NCBI GenBank assembly: GCA_035438885.1
Contig: DAORJC010000001.1
Span: 1 to 62,391 of the forward strand
From: Aquabacterium sp.
GTDB lineage: Bacteria > Pseudomonadota > Gammaproteobacteria > Burkholderiales > Burkholderiaceae_C
Reading direction: 5' to 3'
Length of the DNA: 62,391 nucleotides
Each line of letters begins with the position of its first letter. The first letter of the stretch is position 1. The notes beneath the pieces are model-generated. The model was not told the origin of the DNA, did not search any database, and saw only the letters and a list, made by a program, of their open reading frames with translations. The position numbers and the translations under genes are program-made. Positions 41,289-53,372 of this stretch are shown here, piece after piece.

Positions 41289-41481
41289 CGCGGCTCCTTC
41301 TCGAACAGACACGCAGGCGCGTTCGTCGCTGCCCGACGCCAATGCCGTGCCACCCGATGAGGCACATGCTGGCGCACTGTGTATGTGGGGATGATTCTAG
41401 AGCAGTCAAGGTCTGCCCGTTTGATTTGTGGGGGCTGTCAAGGGCTCAAATTGGCCCTGTAATCGCCGGCATCAAGAAAAT

Positions 41482-42156
41482 CTATGGCTTTTTCAGACCA
41501 ATGCCCACCAAAAAAGTTTCGGTGGACTTGTCGCGGGACGCTTTTGGCTTGATCGCCTTGACCACCTTGAAGGACTTTTTGAACAGCTCGACCAGTTGCG
41601 CGTAACCACCGCTGTGAAAAACCTTGCAGACCAAGGCGCCATTTTTCACCAGGTGGTTTTCCGCAAAGTCGATGGCCAGCTCGACCAGCAGCTCGACCCG
41701 CGCCGCATCGGTCACATCGATGCCGCTGAGATTAGGCGCCATGTCCGAGAGCACCAGATCGACCTGTCGACCGTCCAGCATGGCCAGCAACTGGTTGAGC
41801 ACGGCTTCTTCACGGAAATCACCCTGAATGAACTGCACGCCTTCGATGGGTTCGAACTCCAGCAGGTCCAACGCAATGATCGCCCCGTTGAGCTCGCCCA
41901 CAGCGGCTCCGCCCACACCCGCATCCTTGGGTGCAAATTTGCGGCGCAGGTACTGACTCCAGGCGCCAGGCACGGCGCCCAGGTCCACCACCAACTGACC
42001 GGGACGCACCAATTGCAAGGCCTCGTCGATCTCCTTGAGCTTGTAGGCCGCACGTGACCGGTAGCCCTCTTTGTGGGCCAAACGGACATAAGGATCATGG
42101 ATGTGTTCGTTCAGCCATGCCTTGTTGATTTTTTTGCTTTTGCTTTTGACTTTCAT
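41482..42156 (-). CDS. rlmE: 23S rRNA Um2552 methyltransferase
   Basis: [26 protein letters not shown] and KPKASR..S.E. Confidence 0.96.
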   Translation of the reverse strand: MKVKSKSKKINKAWLNEHIHDPYVRLAHKEGYRSRAAYKLKEIDEALQLVRPGQLVVDLGAVPGAWSQYLRRKFAPKDAGVGGAAVGELNGAIIALDLLEFEPIEGVQFIQGDFREEAVLNQLLAMLDGRQVDLVLSDMAPNLSGIDVTDAARVELLVELAIDFAENHLVKNGALVCKVFHSGGYAQLVELFKKSFKVVKAIKPKASRDKSTETFLVGIGLKKP

Positions 42157-42159
42157 GAC

Positions 42160-42169
42160 TGGGATAATA
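42160..42169. promoter_or_regulatory. Bidirectional overlapping -10 elements between rlmE and yhbY
   Basis: TGgGATAAT on the plus strand (42160-42168) and TATTAT on the minus strand (42169-42164); the two ATGs lie 6 and 7 nt downstream. Confidence 0.65.
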
Positions 42170-42174
42170 CCGAG

Positions 42175-42642
42175 ATGCCTGCAATTGAATTGACCACTTC
42201 CGAGCGCCGCGCCCTTCGGGCCGATGCGCACCACCTGGACCCTGTCGTGATGATCGGCGGCGATGGCCTGAGCCCCGCCGTCCTGAAAGAAGCTGATTCT
42301 GCGCTCAATGCCCACGGACTGATCAAAGTCCGCGTGCTGGGCGATGACCGAGCCGCCCGAGACGCCATGTACGCCCAACTGTGCGACCAGTTGAGCTGCG
42401 CGCCCATCCAGCACATCGGCAAATTGCTCGTGCTGTGGCGCCCCATTCCCGAGAAAGGCCCTGCGGAAGAACCGCTGGAGCGTGGCAAGGGCATGCGTGA
42501 AGTCAAGATCCTGAAATTCTCCAAGAGTGGCACCCGCCGCCCTGAAGTCAAGAAGGTTCAGGTCATGGGCAATCAGCGCGTGACCGCTGGCGGCCTGATC
42601 AAGCGCGCCAAAAAGCGCGTGGCCAGCAAAAAGCCAGGCTGA
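42175..42642 (+). CDS. yhbY: YhbY/CRM RNA-binding ribosome assembly factor with a basic C-terminal extension
   Basis: [23 protein letters not shown] and IGKLLVLWR. Confidence 0.93.
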   Translation: MPAIELTTSERRALRADAHHLDPVVMIGGDGLSPAVLKEADSALNAHGLIKVRVLGDDRAARDAMYAQLCDQLSCAPIQHIGKLLVLWRPIPEKGPAEEPLERGKGMREVKILKFSKSGTRRPEVKKVQVMGNQRVTAGGLIKRAKKRVASKKPG

Positions 42643-42653
42643 TCCAGCCACCC

Positions 42654-42677
42654 CTCGGGGCCCGGCCCCGAGTTTTT
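42654..42677 (+). terminator. Intrinsic terminator after yhbY
   Basis: ctcggggc-ccg-gccccgag-ttttt. Confidence 0.8.
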
Positions 42678-42687
42678 ACACGTTGGC

Positions 42688-43137
42688 TCAGCGACCCTGC
42701 CCTGTCAGGCGCCAGGCCAGCACCATCACCAGCAGGCCCTTGAGCCAGAACATCACGGCCGAGATGCCATGCAAGGCCCCGAAGGACAGGGGCGTTGACT
42801 GCCCGGCCTTGGCCGCCTCGATCATCGGGTGCAGCGCGAACTGACCAAACACCGTCAGGAACAGGGCGCCCAGCACCAACAGCAACTGAACCGTCATGCT
42901 GGCAGAGCCACCTTCGGCCTCTGCCAGATCACGCACACGCCGACGCTCCAGTGCAAACAGAACAATGGCCAGTGCCAGACTGACCTTGGCCTCCACGGCA
43001 AAGATCTGACCTGCGCCCTGCCCTGCCTGGGCACGCTCCAGCACCGCAAACAAGCTGGGGGCAGAGATCGCCCCCACCCCCACGATGAGCCCGGCCCACA
43101 GGCCTGCCAGCCAGGTTTGTGCGCGCAGCAGCATCAT
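42688..43137 (-). CDS. DUF4149/TMEM205-like membrane protein
   Basis: Four TM segments, APSLF..AG...GQIF and FGALHGIS; translationally coupled to greA (TGATG). Confidence 0.75.
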   Translation of the reverse strand: MMLLRAQTWLAGLWAGLIVGVGAISAPSLFAVLERAQAGQGAGQIFAVEAKVSLALAIVLFALERRRVRDLAEAEGGSASMTVQLLLVLGALFLTVFGQFALHPMIEAAKAGQSTPLSFGALHGISAVMFWLKGLLVMVLAWRLTGQGR

Positions 43138-43613
43138 CAGATGTAGCGAACTTCGATGATTTCGTAGTTGCGCTCACCGCCGGGGGCCTGCACCACGGCC
43201 ACGTCGCCCGCCTCCTTGCCGATCAAGGCACGGGCAATGGGCGAGCTGATCGAGATCAGGCCATGCTTGAGGTCGGCCTCGTCGTCACCCACGATCTGGT
43301 AGGTCACGACATCACCGGTGGCTTCGATCTCCATTTCGACGGTCGAGCCAAACACCACCCGACCACCCGCGTCCAGCGCCGCTGGGTCGATGATCTGGGC
43401 CGCCGACAGCTTGCCTTCGATCTCCATGATCCGGCCTTCGATGAAGCCCTGCTTGTCCTTGGCGGCGTCGTACTCTGCGTTTTCAGACAGGTCACCCTGG
43501 GCGCGCGCTTCGGCAATGGCCTGAACCACGGCAGGACGCTCGATGTGCTTGAGGCGCTGCAGCTCTTCCTTGAGCTTTTCGGAGCCGCGCTTGGTGATGG
43601 GGATGGTCGACAT
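43137..43613 (-). CDS. greA: Transcription elongation factor GreA
   Basis: [13 protein letters not shown] and [14 protein letters not shown]. Confidence 0.97.
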   Translation of the reverse strand: MSTIPITKRGSEKLKEELQRLKHIERPAVVQAIAEARAQGDLSENAEYDAAKDKQGFIEGRIMEIEGKLSAAQIIDPAALDAGGRVVFGSTVEMEIEATGDVVTYQIVGDDEADLKHGLISISSPIARALIGKEAGDVAVVQAPGGERNYEIIEVRYI

Positions 43614-43652
43614 GCGTATGCCTCTCGAAGAGAAAACTCTGATGGGTCTCTG

Positions 43653-43688
43653 AAAAGACAGAGCCGCTGCCCTGGCGGGGCGCGGCCC
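43653..43688 (-). terminator. Terminator/attenuator-like hairpin in the greA leader
   Basis: Minus strand gggccgcgccc-cgcca-gggcagcggctc followed by tgtctttt, about 40 nt before the greA ATG. Confidence 0.5.
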
Positions 43689-43740
43689 TTGTCGTGGTCT
43701 GAGTCGCCCGAGGGGTGTCCCTCGGACTGAAGCGCTCAGT

Positions 43741-47008
<3,268 letters not shown>

Positions 47009-47016
<8 letters not shown>

Positions 47017-48187
47017 TGTTCTTCTCCATCAGCGCAGTGAAACGATCGAACAGATAGCTGATGTCATGCGGGCCAGGTGAGGCTTCAGGGTGACCCTGGA
47101 AGCAGAAAGCGGGCTTGTCGGTGCGGGCCAGGCCTTGCAGCGTGCCGTCAAACAACGAGATGTGCGTGGGGCGCAGGTTGGCCGGCAGGCTCTTGTCGTC
47201 CACCGCAAAACCGTGGTTCTGGCTGGTGATGCTGACGCGACCGGTGTCCAGGTCCTTGACGGGGTGGTTGCCGCCGTGGTGGCCGAACTTCATCTTGAAG
47301 GTCTTGGCACCCGAGGCCAGGGCCATGATCTGGTGACCCAGGCAGATGCCGAAGGTCGGGATGCCGGTTTCGATCAGCTCTTTGGCGGCCGCAATGGCGT
47401 AGTCGCAAGGCTCAGGATCCCCGGGGCCGTTGGACAGGAAGATGCCGTCAGGCTTGTGCTTGAGCACCTCTGAAGCGGGTGTCTTGGCGGGCACCACGGT
47501 GACGCGGCAGCCGCGCTCGGCCAACATGCGCAGGATGTTGCGCTTGACGCCAAAGTCGTAGGCCACCACATGGAAGCGGGGGTTGGTCAGCGTGCCAAAG
47601 CCAGGCTTGCCACCCAGCTCCTTGTTGGCCAGTTTCCATTCGGTCTCGGTCCACTCGGCCACCGTGCCGCCGGTGACAACCTGGGCCAGATCCTGGCCGG
47701 CCATGCTGGGCGCCGCCTTGGCCTGGGCCACGGCCTGCGCGATCAACTCAGGCGTGATGGCCTGCCCCACGGGTAAACCGACGATCACGCCATTTTGGGC
47801 ACCCTTGGTGCGCAGCAGGCGGGTCAGTTGGCGGGTGTCGATGTTGGCGATCGCCACCGTGCCTTGGTCTTGCAGGTACTGCGAGAGCGTCTGGGTCTGG
47901 CGGAAATTGGAGGTCAGAACAGGCAGGTCTTTGATGATCAGACCAGCGGCATGGACCTTCAGGGCTTCGACGTCCTCGGGGTTGACGCCGTAGTTGCCGA
48001 TGTGCGGATACGTCAGGGTGACGATCTGGCGGCAGTAGCTGGGGTCAGTGAGGATTTCTTGATAACCTGTCAGCGAGGTGTTGAACACCACTTCGCCAAC
48101 GGTTTGACCGGTTGCACCGATCGAAGCGCCATGAAAGACCGTGCCGTCTGCGAGGGCCAGAAGAGCTTGGGGCAGGACGGGCAGCAC
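47009..48187 (-). CDS. carA: Carbamoyl-phosphate synthase small subunit
   Basis: [28 protein letters not shown] and [10 protein letters not shown]; GTG start after GGAG. Confidence 0.98.
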
Positions 48188-48358
48188 GGGTGATTTCTCC
48201 GTTGTTGTGCGCGCCCAGCGCTGCCGTGACACAGCAGCCGCGGCTGCTGTGAAGATCGAGTCCGGTGGAGGAAACGAGTCGGGTTTCGCTAGGCGATATA
48301 GGTTGCGGGTAAACCTTAGGAGTATAGCCGATCCTGCCATGTGACCGGCTGATGACAG
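48188..48358 (-). promoter_or_regulatory. carA promoter and leader (-10 TATACT, predicted +1 GTTT, hairpin, upstream Pho-box-like site)
   Basis: TATACT at 48326-48321; GTTT at 48314-48311; palindrome acagcagc-cgcg-gctgctgt at 48231-48250; CTGTCAT-cagc-CGGTCAC at 48358-48341. Confidence 0.55.
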
Positions 48359-48528
48359 GGTGCACGCGACCGATTCAAGCGTGAAATCACCCCATCTCGC
48401 ACGCTCTGGTGCACCACGCATGCACCATAAAAGGGACAGCCTGCACAGGCCTCAAGTCTCATCGCATCCTGTCGATATCCCCCTTGTATGGCGTCAATCC
48501 AGACGCACTGATTCGAACCGGGGGAGTC

Positions 48529-49053
48529 ATGGCTTCTTTTTTCTTCATTGACGATCACCCTTCTCGCGCCTCTGCCAGGAACGACAGTCGTGCACCCGTC
48601 GCTCCGGCGCCTCATGTCGCGCCAGTTGATTCGGCGCATGGGGAATGGGCCCATTCATCCACGATGCGAAAAGAGGTCCGCCCACCCAACCTCTTTGTCA
48701 AAAGCGAACCTCAGTGGCGGCGCTGGATGGCCACGGCCTGGCACTGGCTCTGGGACGACGAGGATCTGGAAGAGCACCCACGGGTTCTGCAGGGGCTGAA
48801 TCAGGCCAAGACCGAGTTCCTGTCCGTGATCTGGGACCTTCAGTCCTATGCTGCGACCCAGACCCGTGAGCTGGTCACCCACGCACGCTCGTTGCGCGAG
48901 TTGTGGCACCTGCGGGCCTCCGTGTTCAATGTGATTGCCACCCACCGCGGCCAGGCCGAGGCCTACCGCCGCCTGGAGAGCCTGAATCAGCATTTCCCGG
49001 TCCGCATTACCAGCGCGGTGGATGCACCCACAGGCAAAGTGTCACGCTGGTAA
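48529..49053 (+). CDS. Hypothetical protein, Trp-rich and largely helical
   Basis: ATG after a GGGGAG ribosome-binding site; fills the gap between carA and the dehydrogenase gene; ARSLRELWHLR segment. Confidence 0.7.
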   Translation: MASFFFIDDHPSRASARNDSRAPVAPAPHVAPVDSAHGEWAHSSTMRKEVRPPNLFVKSEPQWRRWMATAWHWLWDDEDLEEHPRVLQGLNQAKTEFLSVIWDLQSYAATQTRELVTHARSLRELWHLRASVFNVIATHRGQAEAYRRLESLNQHFPVRITSAVDAPTGKVSRW

Positions 49054-49140
49054 CGTCAATGTCACGCGTCCAGACCGCCCCTTGGCGCACGCGGCTGCCT
49101 CAAGCCGTTGCACAATGCAGGGCTGACATTGAATGGCCCC

Positions 49141-50148
49141 ATGAACATCATCATCCTGGACGATTATCAAGACGCGGTGCGCAAACTCAAGTGCGCCAGC
49201 AAACTTGATGGCCTGCACGCCAAAGTCTTCACCAACACGGTCAAAGGCAGCGGGCAACTCTCCATCCGCCTGCGCGATGCCGAGGCCCTGGTCCTGATCA
49301 GGGAGCGCACGCACTTTCCCAAGCAACTGCTTGAAAAGCTGCCCAAGCTGCGGCTGATCTGCCAGACCGGTCCCGTGGGGTCCAACATCGACATCGAGGC
49401 CTGCACCCGGTTGGGCATCGCGGTTGCCGAGGGCGTGAGCAACCCCACCGCGCCGGCTGAGCTGACCTGGGCACTGGTAATGGCCGCCACGCGCCGACTG
49501 CCTCAGTACATTGGTAACCTCAAGCACGGCGCCTGGCAGCAGTCGGGGCTGAAGTCCGCGTCGATGCCCACCAACTTCAGCCTGGGCTCGACGCTCAAGG
49601 GCAAGACGCTGGGCATCTGGGGATATGGCCGCATCGGTCAGATCGTGGCAGGCTACGGCAGGGCTTTTGGCATGCATGTGACCGTCTGGGGCAGCGAAGC
49701 GTCACGGGCCAAGGCCCAGAGCGAAGGCTGCATCCCGGCGCCCAGTCGCGAAGCCTTTTTCGAGGCTTGCGATGTTCTGAGCCTGCACCTGCGCCTGTGC
49801 GACGAAACACGCGGCCTGATCAAGCTCGATGACCTGACTCGCATGAAGCCCACGGCGCTGCTGGTCAACACGTCCCGCGCTGAACTGCTTGAAGACGTGG
49901 CACTGGTCACCGCGCTGAACCGAGGCCGCCCCGGCATGGCCGCCATCGACGTGTTCGAGAGCGAACCCATCTTGCAAGGCCATCCCTTGTTGAGGCTGGA
50001 AAATGCTGTCTGCACCCCCCACATCGGCTTTGTCGAACTGGACAGCTACGAGCAGTACTTTGGTGCGGCATTTGACAACCTGACCAATTTCATCGCGGGC
50101 ACGCCCACCAACATCGTGAACCCGGAGGCACTGCGCGTTCATCACTGA
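49141..50148 (+). CDS. D-2-hydroxyacid dehydrogenase family protein
   Basis: GIWGYGRIG, VNTSR, DVFESEP and TPHIG. Confidence 0.92.
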   Translation: MNIIILDDYQDAVRKLKCASKLDGLHAKVFTNTVKGSGQLSIRLRDAEALVLIRERTHFPKQLLEKLPKLRLICQTGPVGSNIDIEACTRLGIAVAEGVSNPTAPAELTWALVMAATRRLPQYIGNLKHGAWQQSGLKSASMPTNFSLGSTLKGKTLGIWGYGRIGQIVAGYGRAFGMHVTVWGSEASRAKAQSEGCIPAPSREAFFEACDVLSLHLRLCDETRGLIKLDDLTRMKPTALLVNTSRAELLEDVALVTALNRGRPGMAAIDVFESEPILQGHPLLRLENAVCTPHIGFVELDSYEQYFGAAFDNLTNFIAGTPTNIVNPEALRVHH

Positions 50149-50159
50149 ACCGCATCTGC

Positions 50160-51377
50160 ATGGAAATCGAACGCAGTTTGCCCCCCCAGAGCCTGGCCGC
50201 CGCCCGCTGGGCCCTTCTGGCAGGCAATTTTGTCATTGGTTGTGGTGTGATGGTCGTTGGCGGCACCTTGAACGACCTGACCCGCTCGCTGAACATCTCG
50301 GTCACGCAGGGCGGCCACCTCATTGCGATCGCGGCCATCATGATGGGCGTCGGCTCGCCCTTGCTGGCCTCCCTGGTGGCCGGCATGGACCGGCGGCGCC
50401 TGCTGACGTGGACCATGGTCTGGTTTGCCCTGGGACATGCGCTGTGTGCCTGGGCCCCCAGTTATGAATGGCTGTGGCCCTTTCGGGCCCTGACCGTCCT
50501 GTCTGCCGCCGTGTTCACGCCTCAGGCCGCCGCCACCGTGGGCTTCATGAGCACACCCGCCCACCGCGGACGCGCCATCACTTTCGTCTTCATGGGTTGG
50601 GCCATTGCTTCGGTGGCGGGCATGCCGCTGGCAGCCTGGGTGGGTGAACGCCTGGGGTGGCGTGTGGCCATGTCCATGATCGCCGTCGCTTCCCTGGTCG
50701 CTGCGGTGCTGGTGCATCGCTACCTGCCCAAGGGCATCCGCCCCCCCGCTCTGTCCTTGCGGGCCTGGCGCAAGGTGCTGCAGTCGCCGCTGCTGATGAT
50801 GGTCGTGGTGGTGACGCTGCTTCAGAGCGCGGGCCAGTTCACGGTGCTGGCCTACGCGGCGCCCCATTACAAGACGGTTTATGACGCCAGCCCGGAACAG
50901 ATCAGTCTGATGTTCGGCTATTTTGGCGCCCTGGCGCTGGCCGGCAACCTGGTGCTGAACCGGGTGATCGACCGCGTCGGTGCGGCCCAGGCCGTGACAA
51001 CCACCTTGGCCCTGATTGCGGCCAGCCTGGCCTTGTGGCCCCTGGGCAGCACCCTGCCCTTGTTGGCGCTGGTGATCCTGCCCTGGTCCTTGAGCGGCTT
51101 TGCCACCAACTCGGGGCAGCAGGCCCGCCTGGGGGGCTTGTCGCCCCGCCTGGCGCCGGCGTTGATGGCGTTGAATACATCCGCCATCTACCTGGGGCAT
51201 GCCTTGGGCGCCTCAGGGGGCGGCATGATCCTCAATCATGCGGACACCCTCAGGCAGGGCTACCAGCATCTGAACTGGCTGGGACTGCTGTGGATGTTGG
51301 CCGCATGGGCGGCCAGCGCCTGGGCATGGCGCCGGCAAAGGCACCACGAAGAAGAGCCCATCAGCCCTGGGGGTTGA
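50160..51377 (+). CDS. MFS transporter (DHA1/PbuE-like efflux)
   Basis: About 12 TM segments, MDRRRLL loop and RGRAI..VFMG...ASVAGMPL. Confidence 0.9.
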   Translation: MEIERSLPPQSLAAARWALLAGNFVIGCGVMVVGGTLNDLTRSLNISVTQGGHLIAIAAIMMGVGSPLLASLVAGMDRRRLLTWTMVWFALGHALCAWAPSYEWLWPFRALTVLSAAVFTPQAAATVGFMSTPAHRGRAITFVFMGWAIASVAGMPLAAWVGERLGWRVAMSMIAVASLVAAVLVHRYLPKGIRPPALSLRAWRKVLQSPLLMMVVVVTLLQSAGQFTVLAYAAPHYKTVYDASPEQISLMFGYFGALALAGNLVLNRVIDRVGAAQAVTTTLALIAASLALWPLGSTLPLLALVILPWSLSGFATNSGQQARLGGLSPRLAPALMALNTSAIYLGHALGASGGGMILNHADTLRQGYQHLNWLGLLWMLAAWAASAWAWRRQRHHEEEPISPGG

Positions 51378-51391
51378 TCAGGCGCTCCGCA

Positions 51392-51751
51392 TCACCTCGG
51401 GCTCTCGAAGAACACGTAGGTGGAGTAGTCCGACACCTCAAAGTAAACCCGCTTCTCTTCGGGGCCAACTTTGCCATCGAGGTCTTCGTCCAGCACGCCG
51501 TAACCGAATCGATACTCTCTAGGCGTGCTGTCGGTGGTTCCCAGGGCCGTGCTGAGCTTGTCGATCCTCAGGAAGCGCTTGACCACAGCGCTGCCGGAGT
51601 ACACCTCCAGCACGCCATTGGTTCCGGTCCAGTTCTGGATGTCGCGCTTGATCTGGTTTTGCTGCTCCTGGGTGCAGGCCGAGGCCAGCACCGCCGCACC
51701 CAGCACCAGGGCCCGCGTCAACTTGCCCACCGATGGGCGAATGTCACTCAT
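51392..51751 (-). CDS. Hypothetical lipoprotein with an EF-hand-like loop
   Basis: AAGGAG ribosome-binding site; lipobox ASA-C; DEDLDGKVGPEE. Confidence 0.78.
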   Translation of the reverse strand: MSDIRPSVGKLTRALVLGAAVLASACTQEQQNQIKRDIQNWTGTNGVLEVYSGSAVVKRFLRIDKLSTALGTTDSTPREYRFGYGVLDEDLDGKVGPEEKRVYFEVSDYSTYVFFESPR

Positions 51752-51784
51752 GTGTTGCTCCTTGGCTGAGCGCCGACGGCGGCC

Positions 51785-52528
51785 TCAGCCCTTGATGAAA
51801 CCACGCTGACGACGGGCCTCGTACAGGCACACCGCGCTGGCGACAGAGACATTGAGGCTTTCGACGCCGCCCATCATCGGGATGTTGACCAGTTGATCAC
51901 AATGCTTGCGAGTCAACTGGCGCATGCCGGCACCTTCCGCGCCCAGCACCAAGGCGGTGGGCACCCTCATGTCCACGGCGTACAGGTTTTGCTCTGCATC
52001 GTCAGACGTGCCGACCACCCAGATGTCACGCTCCTTGAGCTCGCCCAGGGTGCGCGCCAGGTTGGTGACCATGAAATAGGGAACGACCTCGGCAGCACCG
52101 CTGGCCACTTTGGCCACGGTGGCATTGATGCCCACCGCATGGTCCTTGGGGGCGATCACGGCATGCACACCGGCGCCATCGGCCACACGCAGACAGGCGC
52201 CGAGGTTGTGAGGGTCGGTGATGCCATCGAGCACCAGGATCAAGGGGGGCTCGCTCAAGCCATCCAGCAGATCGTCCAGCGAGTTGGAGTGCTGGATGAC
52301 CTCGACCTTGGCGGCCACGCCCTGGTGGCGATGGGTGCCGCACAACTTTTGCAGGCGATCGTCATCGACCTCGATGACCGGCACGCCAGCCTCTTCGGCC
52401 TTGGCCAGGAACTGGCGCATGCGCTGGTCACGGCGGGCCGCATCCACAAACAATTCACGAACGCTCTTGGGCGCGACCTTCAGGCGCACCGTGACGGCAT
52501 GGAAACCAAACAGTAATTGAGAACTCAT
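51785..52528 (-). CDS. rlmB: 23S rRNA Gm2251 methyltransferase
   Basis: [21 protein letters not shown] and ESLNVSVA (SPOUT fold). Confidence 0.96.
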   Translation of the reverse strand: MSSQLLFGFHAVTVRLKVAPKSVRELFVDAARRDQRMRQFLAKAEEAGVPVIEVDDDRLQKLCGTHRHQGVAAKVEVIQHSNSLDDLLDGLSEPPLILVLDGITDPHNLGACLRVADGAGVHAVIAPKDHAVGINATVAKVASGAAEVVPYFMVTNLARTLGELKERDIWVVGTSDDAEQNLYAVDMRVPTALVLGAEGAGMRQLTRKHCDQLVNIPMMGGVESLNVSVASAVCLYEARRQRGFIKG

Positions 52529-52555
52529 GCCGGCATGGTACTTCAGAGCGCTGCG

Positions 52556-53275
52556 TCAGAGCACGGCAGGCACGGCCTCTTCCGCCAGTCGGCCAGCGGC
52601 GATGCGCATGACGCGCTCGCACCGGCGGGCCAGGTTCATGTCATGCGTGACCAGGACCAGGGCCGTGCCAAAAGCCTGGTTGAGCTCGAACATCAGGTCA
52701 ATGACTGACAGGCCGGTGGCGTGGTCCAGGCTGCCGGTGGGCTCGTCAGCCATCAGGATGTCGGGCTTCATGACAAAGGCGCGGGCCAGGGCCACACGCT
52801 GCTGCTCGCCGCCCGACATCAGCGCGGGCCGGTGCTGCAGGCGGGCGCCCAGGCCCACACGCTCCAGCATGGCCTGGGCCAGCGCCCTGGCCTGACGCTC
52901 ACCACTCAACTCCAGCGGCAGCATCACGTTCTCCAGCGCACTGAGGTGCCCGATCAGTTGAAAGTTCTGAAAGACAAAGCCCACATGCGCGGCACGGTGG
53001 GCAGCACGCTGGTCCTCGTCCATCTCGAACAAGGGCTTGCCCGCCAGGGTGACCTGGCCGGTGCTGGGGGTGTCCAGCCCCGCCAGGATGGACAGCAAAG
53101 TGCTTTTGCCCGAGCCAGAGGCGCCGACCAGGGCCACGGTCTGCCCCGCCATCACCTCCAGGGACACGTCCTCCAGAATGCGCAGCTCGCCACTGCTGTC
53201 GTTCACCACCTTGCTCAACTGGGTCACCTGCAGGATGGGCGACGATGGATCGGGCGTGGGAGACAACGGTGGCAT
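52556..53275 (-). CDS. ybbA: ABC transporter ATP-binding protein, YbbA-like
   Basis: GASGSGKST, MSGGEQQR, ADEPTGSLD and LVTHD; divergent from tesA. Confidence 0.85.
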   Translation of the reverse strand: MPPLSPTPDPSSPILQVTQLSKVVNDSSGELRILEDVSLEVMAGQTVALVGASGSGKSTLLSILAGLDTPSTGQVTLAGKPLFEMDEDQRAAHRAAHVGFVFQNFQLIGHLSALENVMLPLELSGERQARALAQAMLERVGLGARLQHRPALMSGGEQQRVALARAFVMKPDILMADEPTGSLDHATGLSVIDLMFELNQAFGTALVLVTHDMNLARRCERVMRIAAGRLAEEAVPAVL

Positions 53276-53372
53276 GCTGGGAACCCTGGGGCAAAGTGAG
53301 AGAAGCACACTCTACGTCATTCACACAAAACCCCGGTCACACCGGGAATTGAACTTGTCGTATCGTCAAGCC

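Noticed and set aside
39552-41360. 602-aa ORF antisense to ftsH (likewise 1967-3670 vs fadD, 13894-16314 vs tex, 3794-5092 vs thiolase, 8371-9588 vs gbd)
   Set aside because: Same antisense artefact; the opposite strand encodes well-conserved proteins.
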